Translations under genes and position numbers: made by a program
The notes under the pieces: generated by a model
Databases searched by the model: none
Told to the model about the DNA's origin: nothing
The model's input: only the letters and a program-made list of their open reading frames with translations
Assembly (NCBI GenBank): GCA_049325335.1
Contig: JBMOMC010000007.1
Span: forward strand, 192,001-256,000
DNA from: Nitrospirota bacterium
Lineage (GTDB): Bacteria > Nitrospirota > Nitrospiria > 2-01-FULL-66-17
DNA length: 64,000 nucleotides
Reading direction: 5' to 3'
In this document: positions 47,513 to 58,239 of the stretch, piece after piece
How positions within the stretch are numbered: position 1 is the first letter of the stretch
Layout: every line of letters begins with the position of its first letter

Positions 47513-47929
47513 ATGACCACGACAACCAGCGACACCGTAGGCACTGATATTGCTTCGATGTGCACCAAATGCCGAATCGAACGAGAACACACTGTGGCAT
47601 CCACGGTCGGTGAAAAGATTGGGAAAGTTCGTTGTAAGACCTGCGGCAGCACGCACCGCTACATTAAACCGGGGAGCCCGCTCCCCGCGCCGCGCCGCAA
47701 AGTCTCGAAGGTCACGACCGAAGAATCCTGGAGTCGCCGTTTGGAGTCCGCGTCCACCAAACAACGGACCGCGTACACTCCGGCCGGGGCGTACCAACTC
47801 GACGATGTGATCGACCACAGCCACTTCGGGGTCGGCATCGTCACCATGCTCACGGCCAAGGACAAGATGCAGGTCACGTTCAAAGACGGCCCCAAAATCC
47901 TCATCATGGGCATGCGGCCGGCAGTCTAA
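47513..47929 (+). CDS. Zinc-ribbon protein with a C-terminal Tudor-like (PcrA/UvrD CTD-like) segment
   Basis: CTKC...H...CKTC...H; C-terminal DVIDHSHFGVGIV...KMQVTF.DG.K.L; AAGGA RBS. Confidence 0.75.
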   Translation: MTTTTSDTVGTDIASMCTKCRIEREHTVASTVGEKIGKVRCKTCGSTHRYIKPGSPLPAPRRKVSKVTTEESWSRRLESASTKQRTAYTPAGAYQLDDVIDHSHFGVGIVTMLTAKDKMQVTFKDGPKILIMGMRPAV

Positions 47930-47954
47930 ACTCGCTCACGAAAGCACCACCTCC

Positions 47955-47987
47955 GTCACCCCGGGCAGACTTCGCGCCTGGGGTGAC
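47955..47987. terminator. Hairpin between convergent genes (bidirectional terminator or REP-like)
   Basis: GTCACCCCGGGC...GCCTGGGGTGAC inverted repeat; no clear U-tract. Confidence 0.5.
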
Positions 47988-48045
47988 ACGTTTCGGGCCA
48001 GGGTTGTCCGGTCGAGTAAATGCCCCTATCGCCTTGCCGAGAACG

Positions 48046-48702
48046 TTACCGCGCGACGATCGCGGTATCGTAGCCCTCTTCGGCGAACGAACGGGCGCGA
48101 GAACGGGCTTCGTCGCGCGAGGCAAAGGGGCCGAGGCGGACGCGGTGATAGGTCAGGCCCTCCACCGTGACTTGCGTGATGGTCACGCCGTGTGTTTGCA
48201 GTTCGAGCGCTTGTTTTAAGCGCGCGGCGTTGTCGATGTCTTGGAAGGCCCCGAACTGAATGCTGAATGCGGCATCTCCGTCAACCGTTACCGGCTCCTC
48301 CGTGACCCGCTTGACGTACCGCAGGTCGCGATCCATCACCTCGACCTCCACGCGCCCCACCCCATCGGCCGTGAGGCCGATCTGCCTGGCCGCGCCGTAG
48401 GACAAATCCAGGTGGCGCCCGCGGACAAACGGGCCGCGGTCCGTCACGGTGACGCGGCTGGTCCGTCCCGTCTTGGGATTGGTCACGTGTAACCGGGTGC
48501 CGAACGGCAGCGATCGATGCGCCGCCGTGAAACCGTGCATATTGTAGCGCTCGCCGGACGCGGTGAGGCGGCCGTGAAACGGCTCGCCGTACCAGGACGC
48601 CACGGCCGTAAAACGGCCGCCCGGCGTGGGCGTGATCTGGCGGCCGCCGCAGGCGGACGACAGCATGACGATGACGAACAAGACGACCAGACGCGTGACC
48701 AT
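48046..48702 (-). CDS. rlpA: Septal ring lytic transglycosylase RlpA-family lipoprotein (DPBB + SPOR)
   Basis: Lipobox LSSAC, ASWYG..FHGR.TASGE, TAAHRSLPFGT, DRGPF, DLS, C-terminal SPOR (IQFGAF, HRVRLGPF). Confidence 0.92.
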   Translation of the reverse strand: MVTRLVVLFVIVMLSSACGGRQITPTPGGRFTAVASWYGEPFHGRLTASGERYNMHGFTAAHRSLPFGTRLHVTNPKTGRTSRVTVTDRGPFVRGRHLDLSYGAARQIGLTADGVGRVEVEVMDRDLRYVKRVTEEPVTVDGDAAFSIQFGAFQDIDNAARLKQALELQTHGVTITQVTVEGLTYHRVRLGPFASRDEARSRARSFAEEGYDTAIVAR

Positions 48703-48737
48703 GCCGCGGACCGCGTCGTGAGACACCCCGGCGACCG

Positions 48738-49403
48738 TTACACGCGCTCCCACAGACCGAACACGCCGAACGGCGCAAGTCGTCGCGCGCGTTGCTCGGC
48801 AATGGCGAGAAAACCTTGGGCCTCTTCGAAGGCGGTAAATAGATGTCGATCGTTGAGATGGCCCGCCCAACGCCGTTGAAGGGAGGGGACGTCCTCATGT
48901 TCGGTATGATATGGCGCGTCGGTCAGCGCGCTGTACAACTTCGGGTTGGCGACATCGTACCCCATGAGTCGCCAGCCCTGATCCAACGGTCCCAGATCCG
49001 CGGCATCCGGCCCGAGCAAGGACAGCCACTCGGGCGCTTCGGGGTTGAGCGAATCCACCGCGAGCGTGACCGCGATCAGGCTGTACTGCCGGTCCCGCAT
49101 ACCGTCTTTGGCATCCACGTGCCGACGCAGTCGCTCGTAGTCGCTCCACAGCGGAGGCAACGGCCCCGCGTCGTCGGGACGCGCCAAATCCGCGAGCGCC
49201 GCGCACACCGAGCTCCAGATGTTCTTATCCACCGAGGCCGGTCGTTCCACATCATCGCGCAGCAGATACAAAAAGGGCCCGTTCTGTGGCCACCAATTGG
49301 CCATCGGCAGCCAATTCTGGCGCGCGTCGAACCCCAGCACCGTGTGGCGTTGCCCGTCGGCCCCGGCGAACGCATTCACCGCTTCACTCACATTCCGGTC
49401 CAT
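48738..49403 (-). CDS. Hypothetical protein
   Basis: 221-aa ORF with a GGAG RBS that fills the gap between co-oriented purC and rlpA. Confidence 0.7.
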   Translation of the reverse strand: MDRNVSEAVNAFAGADGQRHTVLGFDARQNWLPMANWWPQNGPFLYLLRDDVERPASVDKNIWSSVCAALADLARPDDAGPLPPLWSDYERLRRHVDAKDGMRDRQYSLIAVTLAVDSLNPEAPEWLSLLGPDAADLGPLDQGWRLMGYDVANPKLYSALTDAPYHTEHEDVPSLQRRWAGHLNDRHLFTAFEEAQGFLAIAEQRARRLAPFGVFGLWERV

Positions 49404-49417
49404 CTCCGACTCCTGTG

Positions 49418-50335
49418 TTATGGGGCCGTCTGCGCGAGTCGGGACAACGCCTCGGCATACTTCTCACTCGTTTTGCGGATCACGTCCGCCGGAAGCTTGG
49501 GCGCCGGCGGTTGGTGGTTCCAGCCGATCGAGTCCAAATAGTCCCGCACGTACTGCTTATCAAAACTCGGCGGCGAACTGCCGGGTTGATACCGGTCCTT
49601 CGGCCAAAAGCGCGACGAATCCGGTGTCAGGACCTCGTCGATCAGGTACGGCTGATTGGTCGCGGGCTCCAGACCGAATTCCATTTTGGTGTCCGCGATG
49701 ATGATGCCCAAGCGCTCGGCGTGCGCCGCGGCCCGCTGATAGACGGTGAGACTACACTGCCGAACCACCTTCGCCAGATCCGCCCCGATCAAGGACTCCA
49801 TGCGTTCGAACGAAATATTCTCGTCATGCCCGCTGACGGCCTTGGTCGAGGGCGTGAAGATGGGCTGCGGGAGTCGGTCGGCTTCTTTGAGCCCCGACGG
49901 CAGCGGCTGGCCGCACACCGTGCCGCTCGCGCGGTACTCCTTCCACCCCGAACCCGCCAGATACCCGCGGACAATACACTCCACCGGCAGCGGGTTGTAT
50001 TTGCCGACCAGCATCGAGCGGCCGTCGAGCACGTCGCGGTATGGGCGGCACGCCGCCGGAAACTTATCTACCTCGGTGGTGATCAAATGGTGCGGCAACA
50101 CGTCCTCCATGGACCACAACCACTCGAACCAAAACTTGGACAACTGAGTCAGCACATACCCTTTGCCGGGAATGCCGTCCGGCAACACCACGTCGAACGC
50201 GGACAGCCGATCCGTGGCAACCAGCAACAAGTGCTCGCCCAAGTCGTAGATGTCCCGCACCTTGCCCTGGCGCTTGGGGCCCAGGCCGTCACATTTCGTC
50301 TCCAACACCACCGGCCGATCCACCACGTGTTTCAT
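49418..50335 (-). CDS. purC: Phosphoribosylaminoimidazole-succinocarboxamide synthase
   Basis: [53 protein letters not shown]. Confidence 0.96.
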   Translation of the reverse strand: MKHVVDRPVVLETKCDGLGPKRQGKVRDIYDLGEHLLLVATDRLSAFDVVLPDGIPGKGYVLTQLSKFWFEWLWSMEDVLPHHLITTEVDKFPAACRPYRDVLDGRSMLVGKYNPLPVECIVRGYLAGSGWKEYRASGTVCGQPLPSGLKEADRLPQPIFTPSTKAVSGHDENISFERMESLIGADLAKVVRQCSLTVYQRAAAHAERLGIIIADTKMEFGLEPATNQPYLIDEVLTPDSSRFWPKDRYQPGSSPPSFDKQYVRDYLDSIGWNHQPPAPKLPADVIRKTSEKYAEALSRLAQTAP

Positions 50336-50686
50336 GCCCTCACCCCCTGGTTGCCGAACCCGATACTTGTACCAGACGCGGGACACGCCATGCAATCCCA
50401 CCACTCAAAACACGACGTCTTCATCTGATCTGACACACGTATACCGAATCCACGCCACCTGTTGATAACGTGGGGACAACACCGCGAATTTCGCAGCAGT
50501 CGCCTGAATTGGCGCGAGAGCGAGCGTGATGCTCACTTTTTGATCCAATTAATATCGTTGTATTTCAATAAGATCAGCGCACAACGCACTTTCAATCGCT
50601 GCGAATGGCTGAAATCACGGAAATCAGCCGGTCGTCCACAGCACCAGTGATTTCGACAACCATGTCTCCCTCGATGCGGCCGGCAG

Positions 50687-52294
50687 TTAGTGCCCGGCTT
50701 TCTCCGCCCCCAACCCCGTGTTAGCTCGCACGAGCAGCTCGGCGTACTTGGCCTCGGCCTGCGGTTCACGGCCCAACAGTGTGCCGATCACCGCGCCGAG
50801 AAACCCTAACGGGATGCTCACGATGCCGGGGTTTTCCAGCGGGAACCAGGGCGCGGCTTGAATCAGATGGCGGGCCGCGCCGGTCACGCCCGGCGGGTCA
50901 ATCGCCATGACGCTGGGACTGACCAGGATCAACGCGATGGAAGAGACCAGCCCCGTCGCCAAGCCCCACGACGCGCCCCGCGTCGTGAACCGTTTCCAGA
51001 ACAGCGAAAACACGATCACGGGCAGATTCGCCGAGGCGGCGACCGCAAACGCGAGAGCGACCAGGAACGCGACGTTGGTGTTTGGTCCCACCACGATCGC
51101 AATGCCGATCGCCAACACGCCCACCACACACGCGGTCACGCGGGCCACGCGCACTTCCTCGCCCGGACTGCGTTCGCGGCCGTGGTGCAGCACGTTGGTG
51201 TAAAAATCATGCGCGAAGGAGGTGGACGCGCTGATGGTGAGTCCCGCCACCACGGCCAGGATCGTGGCGAACGCCACCGCGGAGATAAACGCAAAGAAAA
51301 GATCGCCGCCCAAGGCGTGCGCGAGCAGGGGCGCGCTCATGTTGGTCCCGCCGTTCGCCGCGATCGCGTCGCGCCCTACGATGGTGGCCGCCCCGAACCC
51401 CAGGAACGTGGTCATGATGTAGAAACCGCCGATAATCGCCATGGCCCACACCACGCTCACGCGCGCGGTCTTGGCGTCGGGCACGGTGTAAAACCGCACC
51501 AGGATGTGGGGCAACCCCGCGGTGCCGAAGATCAACGCGAGACCGAGCGACACCAGATCGAGCGCGCCATACGGGGGTTTGAACCGCAGGCCCGGCTCCA
51601 GGAAGTTTTGCGTGACCGCTTGCCCGCTCTTATCGTGGTACGTGACGTGGGTCACGGCGCGGAAAAACTCTCCCAGATCGAATCCGAAGTGCGCCAACAC
51701 CAGGAGGCTCAGCAGCACGGTCCCGCTCATCAACAGGACGGCCTTGATGATCTGCACCCACGTGGTCGCGAGCATCCCGCCGAACACCACGTACACGATC
51801 ATCAACACACCCACGCCGATCACCGCGGCCTCGAACCCGATGCCCGAATCCTTAAGCAGCAGCGCCACCAACGCGCCCGCGCCCACCATCTGCGCGATCA
51901 TGTAAAACGTGCTGACCGTCAGCGTGGAGAGCGACGCCATCGCGCGCACCGGCCGCGGGCTCAATCGGTACGCGAGCACGTCGGCCATCGTATATTTGCC
52001 CGCGTTGCGCAAGGGTTCGGCCACGATGAGCAGCACGGTCAAGTACGCGACCAACCACCCGACCGAATACATGAACCCGTCGTACCCTTGGAACGCGATG
52101 ATGCCCGCGATGCCGAGGAACGACGCCGCGCTCATGTAATCGCCCGCCACGGCCACGCCGTTTTGCCAACCCGAAATCCGCCGATCCGCGGCGAAAAACG
52201 CGCTGGCCCCGCTCGACCGACCCGCGGCCCAGTACGTGACCCCCAACGTCAGCGCGATAAACCCCAAGAACATGACCAGCGAGGGGGACATCAT
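50687..52294 (-). CDS. actP: Cation/acetate symporter (SSS family)
   Basis: [51 protein letters not shown] overlap with the DUF485 gene. Confidence 0.92.
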   Translation of the reverse strand: MMSPSLVMFLGFIALTLGVTYWAAGRSSGASAFFAADRRISGWQNGVAVAGDYMSAASFLGIAGIIAFQGYDGFMYSVGWLVAYLTVLLIVAEPLRNAGKYTMADVLAYRLSPRPVRAMASLSTLTVSTFYMIAQMVGAGALVALLLKDSGIGFEAAVIGVGVLMIVYVVFGGMLATTWVQIIKAVLLMSGTVLLSLLVLAHFGFDLGEFFRAVTHVTYHDKSGQAVTQNFLEPGLRFKPPYGALDLVSLGLALIFGTAGLPHILVRFYTVPDAKTARVSVVWAMAIIGGFYIMTTFLGFGAATIVGRDAIAANGGTNMSAPLLAHALGGDLFFAFISAVAFATILAVVAGLTISASTSFAHDFYTNVLHHGRERSPGEEVRVARVTACVVGVLAIGIAIVVGPNTNVAFLVALAFAVAASANLPVIVFSLFWKRFTTRGASWGLATGLVSSIALILVSPSVMAIDPPGVTGAARHLIQAAPWFPLENPGIVSIPLGFLGAVIGTLLGREPQAEAKYAELLVRANTGLGAEKAGH

Positions 52295-52803
52295 CGCGAC
52301 TTTCGCCTTCCGAGCGATGCGAGAATGCCCTGCGCCATGCGGTCGAAGCGGGCCGCCGCGCGCAGATACCACGCCGCCAAGCCCCATGCCATCACGAACT
52401 GGGAGAGCGCAAACAGGTACGCCAGGTTCACGGACCCGACGACTTCGGTCTTCATGAGATTGGGCGCGTATCCGACCAACAACGGCAGCGCAAAATAATA
52501 GATCACGAAAAAAATCGTGGCGGGAATGATGAACACCCGTTTGGCCGCGATGAGGCTTCGAAAATCCTCCCGCGCCGCGACGCGATCCCAATCCGCGAGG
52601 TTCACGTTGCCGGCGCCGCCCGAGCGGCGGTCTCCGCCCCACGAGAAACGTCGCGGCGGGTTCTCATCGGCCGATCGCTCGTGAGCGGGTTGGCCGCCTT
52701 GTCCCAGCGGCGCGACGTCGGTTTCCTCGCCCACCGCGGGAGTGAGATCCCGATCCGGACCATCAGTCTTGCGGGTGCGTTTGCCTTTTTCGCGGCGTCC
52801 CAT
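52291..52803 (-). CDS. DUF485 (YjcH-like) small membrane partner of ActP
   Basis: Two TM segments, F..L...KR.F...YYFALP...SQF...Y...A..FD; start could be GTG at 52605. Confidence 0.85.
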   Translation of the reverse strand: MGRREKGKRTRKTDGPDRDLTPAVGEETDVAPLGQGGQPAHERSADENPPRRFSWGGDRRSGGAGNVNLADWDRVAAREDFRSLIAAKRVFIIPATIFFVIYYFALPLLVGYAPNLMKTEVVGSVNLAYLFALSQFVMAWGLAAWYLRAAARFDRMAQGILASLGRRKSR

Positions 52804-52985
52804 TCGTCCCCATCCCGCTCCTGGGCCTGAGCGTCAACCATGCCGCGGCAGTGTAGCAAAAATCGCGCGGGTGAGCACGTCTGAGGTCGCGACCGCGCGT
52901 GCGATTTCAGATGATTCCGCGCGATCTTGACTTCGTTTCAAATCCGGTGGTATACGAAACGGGTTACCGCTACCGTATTGCAGTA

Positions 52986-53005
52986 CGTCCTCAGTACTGA
53001 GGACG
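52986..53005. promoter_or_regulatory. Perfect 20-bp palindrome in a divergent promoter region (candidate operator)
   Basis: CGTCCTCAGTACTGAGGACG, with an extra half-site CGTCCTC at 53011-53017. Confidence 0.55.
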
Positions 53006-53205
53006 GATCTCGTCCTCCCGCAGGTGGCCGCCGCCTGCAAGCGGTTCGGTTCAGGGCCCGATCGGAGGCTCTGATGGACCAGGGCACCGGGTTCCAGGCC
53101 GTTCACGACACGCGTTCGCGCGGGCCCCGCCGCAGAACGCGTGCGCCCCCCAGCACCCGAGAGACCTTTCCGGATTGTCGCGTCATGTGGAAAGGAGCGT
53201 GTGCG

Positions 53206-55359
53206 ATGAACAGTCCCTCTCACCACCGATTGCCTACTCCCCGCCGCCGGCCGTCCCCGGCAGGCCTCATCTTCCCGATCGCGCTCTTGCTCGCGATCGT
53301 TGCCGCGAGCAGCCAGGCGCAACTCATCGACCTCCCCGAACACAGCGTCCTCCAGGAACGGATCGGGGCCAGGATTCAAGCGCTCGGACGGTACGATCTC
53401 CAGCGCCTGAATAGGATTCATCACCAATGGAACCGTGTTGCGCGGACGGCCGCCGACTTTAATGAGACGCGCGAGATGCGGCGTCAAGAGTCCCTCGGCC
53501 ACACCATCGCCGCCGCCGCGCGCGCACAGTTCGTCGAACGTTCGGCGATCGAAACCTCGCTGGCCGACAGTCGGGGCCTCCGGGACGCGATCCGCAGCGG
53601 GGCGTGGCGCCAGGAGCACCTCGGGCTGGCGATCGTCCGAACCGCGGCCGCGCTTGCGCCGGGTGATCCTCGCTTTCGCGAGCGGCTGCGCGCTCGAGGC
53701 AGCGCGCTGATCGCGATGGAATCACGCGTGGGCCGTCGCGCCGACACACGCGTCGCCGAACTCAGCGGGCGCCTGGCCCAGCTTCCCCGCGACGAACTCG
53801 CCCGGTTGGCCGACGCGGTGACCGACGGCCATCGCACGGCGCACCTGTACGACACGGCGCACGACGCGTGGGTCGTACGCGCCATCCGCGGGCTTCAAGA
53901 CGAGATGGATTTTACGCGCAGCACCGACGATTACCGGCGCGTGGCGGACGACGCGAAAGCCGCGCTCGCGCCGCGGTGGGGGGTCGGCGGATTCTGGGAA
54001 TTCGGCGCGGCCGCGCTCGCCGGGATCGTGATGACGATGACCTGGTTCGGAGCGACCACGCCGGGCGACGTACGGCGGACGTCGGAGCAAACCCCGCCCG
54101 TGAAAAGGAGACCGTCCCCCCATCTCACAAGGAGAAGAGAGGGTGCCATGGCCCAATCAACCATCCTGTTCAGTTGGCCCCGCGAAGTGGTGTTCGGCAA
54201 CCACTGCGCGCGGGATATCGGACGTTATGCCGCGCGCGACGCCATGACCCAGGCGATGATTTTGACCGATGCCGGCGTGGTCCGCCAAGGCCTGGCGGAG
54301 CCGGTGCGAACCTCGCTGGCCGAGTCCGGCCTTCGCTGCGACCTGATTGACAAGATCACCAGCGAGGTTCCGCACACCTTCATCGGCGCCATCGCGAATC
54401 GATGCCGGGAAGCGCGGGCCGACGTGCTGATCGCGGTCGGCGGCGGCAGCGTGATCGACACGGCCAAAGCCGTCGGCATCCTGCTGACCAACGGCGGCGA
54501 GATCCAGGACTACGAAGGCATCGACCGCGTGACCCGCGCCATTACGCCCCTGTACGTGGTTCCCACCATGGCGGGGAGCGGGGGCGAGTGCAGCCAGTTC
54601 TGCATCGTGCTCGACACCGCGCGCAAGAAAAAGATCGAAATCTTCAGCCGCAAATTGATCCCGGACCGCATTTTTATCGATCCGACGTTGACCCGTTCGA
54701 TGCCGCCCGAACTGACCGCGGGCAGCGGCATGGACGCGTTGGCCAACGCCATCGAGGCCTACTGCTCCACGTGGGGCAACGCGCTGACCGACTCGCTCGC
54801 GCTCGACGCCATACGCCTCATTGCGGACAATCTGCGGACCGTGGTCGCCAACGGGCAACATGCGGAAGGCCGCCAACACATGGCGCTGGCCGCGTTCGAA
54901 GCCGGACTCGCCTTCACGAACGCGCAAAGCGGGGCCGTTCATGCGCTCGGGCACTCCTTGTCCGGCTTGTTCGACATTCCGCAACGCGTCGGCGACGCTA
55001 TCCTGCTCCCGCACGTGATGCAGGCGAATATAAACGCCGACATGCCACGCATGGCGAAGGTGGCCGAAGTCTTGGGAGAGCCGATCGCGGATCTGAGCGT
55101 CCGCGCGGCGGCTCAGAAAGCCGTTGACGCGGTGAAGCTGTTGCTGGCGGACGTGGGATTGCCCGCCACCCTCGACAAAGTGGGCGCGGATCGCAACGCC
55201 ATTTCGACGCTGAGCGAACAGGCCTTACAAGACACCTTTATGCGCACCAACCCCCGAGCGCTGAACTTTGAGGAGATCGAGGTCATCTACGAGGACGCAT
55301 TCGGCGACTATGCCGAAGTCGGATCACTCGCGGGTCGACGGGCCCCCACGACCCACTAG
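53206..55359 (+). CDS. Signal peptide + helical periplasmic domain + TM helix fused in frame to an iron-containing alcohol dehydrogenase-like domain (internal ATG at 54148)
   Basis: AGGAG RBS before ATG 53206; hydrophobic signal ending SQA-Q; TM FWEFGAAALAGIVMTMTWF; Fe-ADH motifs GGGSVIDTAK, IDP.LT, GMDAL, GAVHALGH. Confidence 0.8.
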   Translation: MNSPSHHRLPTPRRRPSPAGLIFPIALLLAIVAASSQAQLIDLPEHSVLQERIGARIQALGRYDLQRLNRIHHQWNRVARTAADFNETREMRRQESLGHTIAAAARAQFVERSAIETSLADSRGLRDAIRSGAWRQEHLGLAIVRTAAALAPGDPRFRERLRARGSALIAMESRVGRRADTRVAELSGRLAQLPRDELARLADAVTDGHRTAHLYDTAHDAWVVRAIRGLQDEMDFTRSTDDYRRVADDAKAALAPRWGVGGFWEFGAAALAGIVMTMTWFGATTPGDVRRTSEQTPPVKRRPSPHLTRRREGAMAQSTILFSWPREVVFGNHCARDIGRYAARDAMTQAMILTDAGVVRQGLAEPVRTSLAESGLRCDLIDKITSEVPHTFIGAIANRCREARADVLIAVGGGSVIDTAKAVGILLTNGGEIQDYEGIDRVTRAITPLYVVPTMAGSGGECSQFCIVLDTARKKKIEIFSRKLIPDRIFIDPTLTRSMPPELTAGSGMDALANAIEAYCSTWGNALTDSLALDAIRLIADNLRTVVANGQHAEGRQHMALAAFEAGLAFTNAQSGAVHALGHSLSGLFDIPQRVGDAILLPHVMQANINADMPRMAKVAEVLGEPIADLSVRAAAQKAVDAVKLLLADVGLPATLDKVGADRNAISTLSEQALQDTFMRTNPRALNFEEIEVIYEDAFGDYAEVGSLAGRRAPTTH

Positions 55360-55431
55360 GGACAGGGACCGCCGAGTCGGCGTCGGCCCTTCACCGGGGC
55401 CGATGCCGACGTTCACGCGAGCCTTGCGCGA

Positions 55432-56538
55432 TTGGATGGCTGTGTTACAGTTCCTCCTGCCGATCTCGGACCACGCCACCTGATGAAAACGCTGCGGGCG
55501 CTCCTCCATATCAGCAAACACCTCCCGTCCACGCAGAGCCGTCAGGACGTGCTCTTTCTGTTGGTGAACGCGATCGCCGGCCTGATCGAAGTGACCCGCT
55601 GTTCGATCATTCTCGTCGAGGAACATGGGGCAAACGGTCGCGTCCTGGCGACGTTCGAAGATCCCGCCAGTCGAGAATTCCCGATCGATCTGTGTAAGTA
55701 CCCGGAAATTCAGGAGGCCGTCACCACGGGCAACACGGTGCTGATCCGCGATGTCCAAGACGATGCGCGGATGCGCGAGGTGGTCCCCCTGTTCCGGCAC
55801 CTTCAGATTGCGTCCATCCTCGTGGTCCCGATGCGATGCGACGACCGCGTGCTCGGTACGTTGTTTCTCCGAACGTCACGGCCGCATCGCGCGTTCACCG
55901 AAGAAGAAATTCTCTTCTGCGAAACCGCGTCGTACATGGCGGCCAACACCATCTTGGGCCTGACCCAGTACCAGCGCCTATCCGAGGAACGGACACGGTT
56001 GGCCGAAGAAACTCTGCGCGATTCGTTGACCGGGCTGGGGAACCGGCCCAGCTTCTCCCGCGCCCTGGCCGAGTCGATCGCCTACGCTAAACGGCACCAA
56101 CGGCCCTTGGCCTGTCTGATGATCGACGCGGATAATTTCAAGCCGATCAACGACCGGTTCGGACATCACCACGGCGACCGCGTGCTCAAAGGCATCGCGG
56201 ACGCCATCACGGGCGCGCTCCGCGGGTCGGACGTGGCGGCCCGCTACGGCGGGGATGAATTCGCGGTGCTGCTGCGCGACACGGACGGTCCCGGAGCCTT
56301 CACTAAAGCCGAACGGATCAGGGACGCGGTCCGACACAGTCCGCTCCTGGACGGCGAGCCCCCCGTAACGGTGAGCATCGGCATCGCGGTGTGGAACGAT
56401 CTGATCGGCCTCGACCCCGACTATGACCTGCTGGCCGAGGCGGATCGCGCCTTGTACGACTCCAAGGCCAACGGCAAGAACCGCACCACGCCGACATTCG
56501 GCGACCGGCCGCAGCCAGCCAAATCCGACGCCGCGTAA
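55432..56538 (+). CDS. GAF-GGDEF diguanylate cyclase
   Basis: GAF (ILVVPM...VLGTL), DSLTGLGN, D.DNFK.IND.FGH..GD, RGSD I-site, RYGGDEF; start 55432 or 55483. Confidence 0.93.
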   Translation: MDGCVTVPPADLGPRHLMKTLRALLHISKHLPSTQSRQDVLFLLVNAIAGLIEVTRCSIILVEEHGANGRVLATFEDPASREFPIDLCKYPEIQEAVTTGNTVLIRDVQDDARMREVVPLFRHLQIASILVVPMRCDDRVLGTLFLRTSRPHRAFTEEEILFCETASYMAANTILGLTQYQRLSEERTRLAEETLRDSLTGLGNRPSFSRALAESIAYAKRHQRPLACLMIDADNFKPINDRFGHHHGDRVLKGIADAITGALRGSDVAARYGGDEFAVLLRDTDGPGAFTKAERIRDAVRHSPLLDGEPPVTVSIGIAVWNDLIGLDPDYDLLAEADRALYDSKANGKNRTTPTFGDRPQPAKSDAA

Positions 56539-56608
56539 GGCCCGTTCACCCTCCAGAAACACCATGAGGTCGGCGCCATGGGCGCCAACCTCACAAACAC
56601 GCATCTCC

Positions 56609-56633
56609 GGAATCCCGCGTTCGCGGGCATGAC
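56609..56633. repeat. REP-like palindrome of the GTCATNCCCGCGNANGCGGGANTCC type
   Basis: GGAATCCCGCGTTCGCGGGCATGAC between convergent genes; single copy in this window. Confidence 0.5.
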
Positions 56634-56643
56634 CACGACTTCT

Positions 56644-56994
<351 letters not shown>

Positions 56995-57087
56995 TCAGGG
57001 TCGTGGTCACCAGACAGACGCCGACTTCCGGCCACCCAGACGCGGGTGGCCGGAAGCAGACGCATTTCAACATACTTCTTCGCTTCC

Positions 57088-57135
57088 AATCCCCCTCTTA
57101 ATCCCCCCTTTAACAACGGGGGCGAGGGGGGATTT
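57088..57135. repeat. REP-like CCCCCTT-N-GGGGG palindromic element
   Basis: AATCCCCCTCTTAATCCCCCCTTTAACAACGGGGGCGAGGGGGGATTT just downstream of the porin stop. Confidence 0.5.
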
Positions 57136-57144
57136 TTCCACCAG

Positions 57145-58239
57145 TTAGAACGAGTAGTACGCCGCGATTGCCGCGGTATTCTGATTGCCCGTCGCAGCGC
57201 CATCCTCGTCCGTAAAGGGCGCGCCGTCCGATCCGTCGTGGCGGAACTCAGCGCGCCACTCCAGGTTCTCTTTCATCTTGCAGGCAAAGGTGAGCGTCAC
57301 CTCACGCAGGGTCTGCGCGCTACCCGTGCGCGCCCCATCCTGATCATCGAATACCTCGCCTCGCAGCGTGACCGAGTGCTTGTCGCCAAGCCCAAGGTTT
57401 GCATAGATGGCATAGCCTTGCCAAAGGTCGCCTGCCGTGCCAGGACCAGCCGCAGCCGCCTGTGACCCGCGGTCATAGTTGAGCACCACGGCCACGCCAT
57501 CCATGGGCTTAATCGTCGCCACCACGTCGACAAGCCCGCGGTTGTCGTGGTGAGCCCCGACCGTGGACTCCGGCCCGTACATCCCCGTCACGGACAGCGA
57601 GAGCATGTCCGTCGGCGCCAAGCCGACCTGCAGTTCTACCGACTTCCCGGTGTTGTTGTCGCTGTCATTATCCCAGCCGTTGTTGATGCCCAGGTGCCCG
57701 GACAGTCCTGACCCCATCTCGGAGTGGAAACGCAGCCCGGTATGCGTGAACGGAATCGCGTAGCCAAATAGGAACGACCGGCTGATGTTGTAGTTGGCTG
57801 GTCCCTCGATCACCTCCGCGCCGTGAAGCGTGGCGAACTTTCCGAACTTGAGCTCCACGGCATCGCCGAACGCCTTGTCCGTCACATACGCCTGCTGCAC
57901 GAACAGGTCGGCACTGGTATCCGTCGCCAATGTATCGGCGTCCAGACCGTAGTTCAACACCAAACCAAACCCCATTCCCGAGTCCGTGCTCTTACTGAGC
58001 ACCAATTCCGCCATGTTGATCGTGAAGCTGTTGGCCGTTGTATCGAACACACGAAGGGCATTGGCATTCGTGGCCGGATCGTTATCGAAGTTGTACGTGT
58101 ACTGCCCCTCAACATACCCACTGGCCTTCACTCCACCTAACCCTTCCAGCCCCGCCCCATAGGCCGGCGCGCCCAGCGCGACCGCGGCCAGCGCGGCCAA
58201 CATCCCTTGTTGAACTGCTTTACTCTTCACTGCGTACAT
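57145..58239 (-). CDS. Outer-membrane beta-barrel porin (bbp2/OmpL-like family)
   Basis: GGAGG RBS, signal peptide, QQAYV, GKF.T.HG.EVIE...N.N.SRS.LF....PFTHTG, NGWD, C-terminal YYSF. Confidence 0.87.
   Translation of the reverse strand: MYAVKSKAVQQGMLAALAAVALGAPAYGAGLEGLGGVKASGYVEGQYTYNFDNDPATNANALRVFDTTANSFTINMAELVLSKSTDSGMGFGLVLNYGLDADTLATDTSADLFVQQAYVTDKAFGDAVELKFGKFATLHGAEVIEGPANYNISRSFLFGYAIPFTHTGLRFHSEMGSGLSGHLGINNGWDNDSDNNTGKSVELQVGLAPTDMLSLSVTGMYGPESTVGAHHDNRGLVDVVATIKPMDGVAVVLNYDRGSQAAAAGPGTAGDLWQGYAIYANLGLGDKHSVTLRGEVFDDQDGARTGSAQTLREVTLTFACKMKENLEWRAEFRHDGSDGAPFTDEDGAATGNQNTAAIAAYYSF

Noticed and set aside
52927..53205. N-terminal extension of the 810-aa ORF from the TTG at 52927
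   Set aside because: ATG 53206 has an AGGAG RBS and precedes the signal peptide; the extension covers the promoter palindrome.
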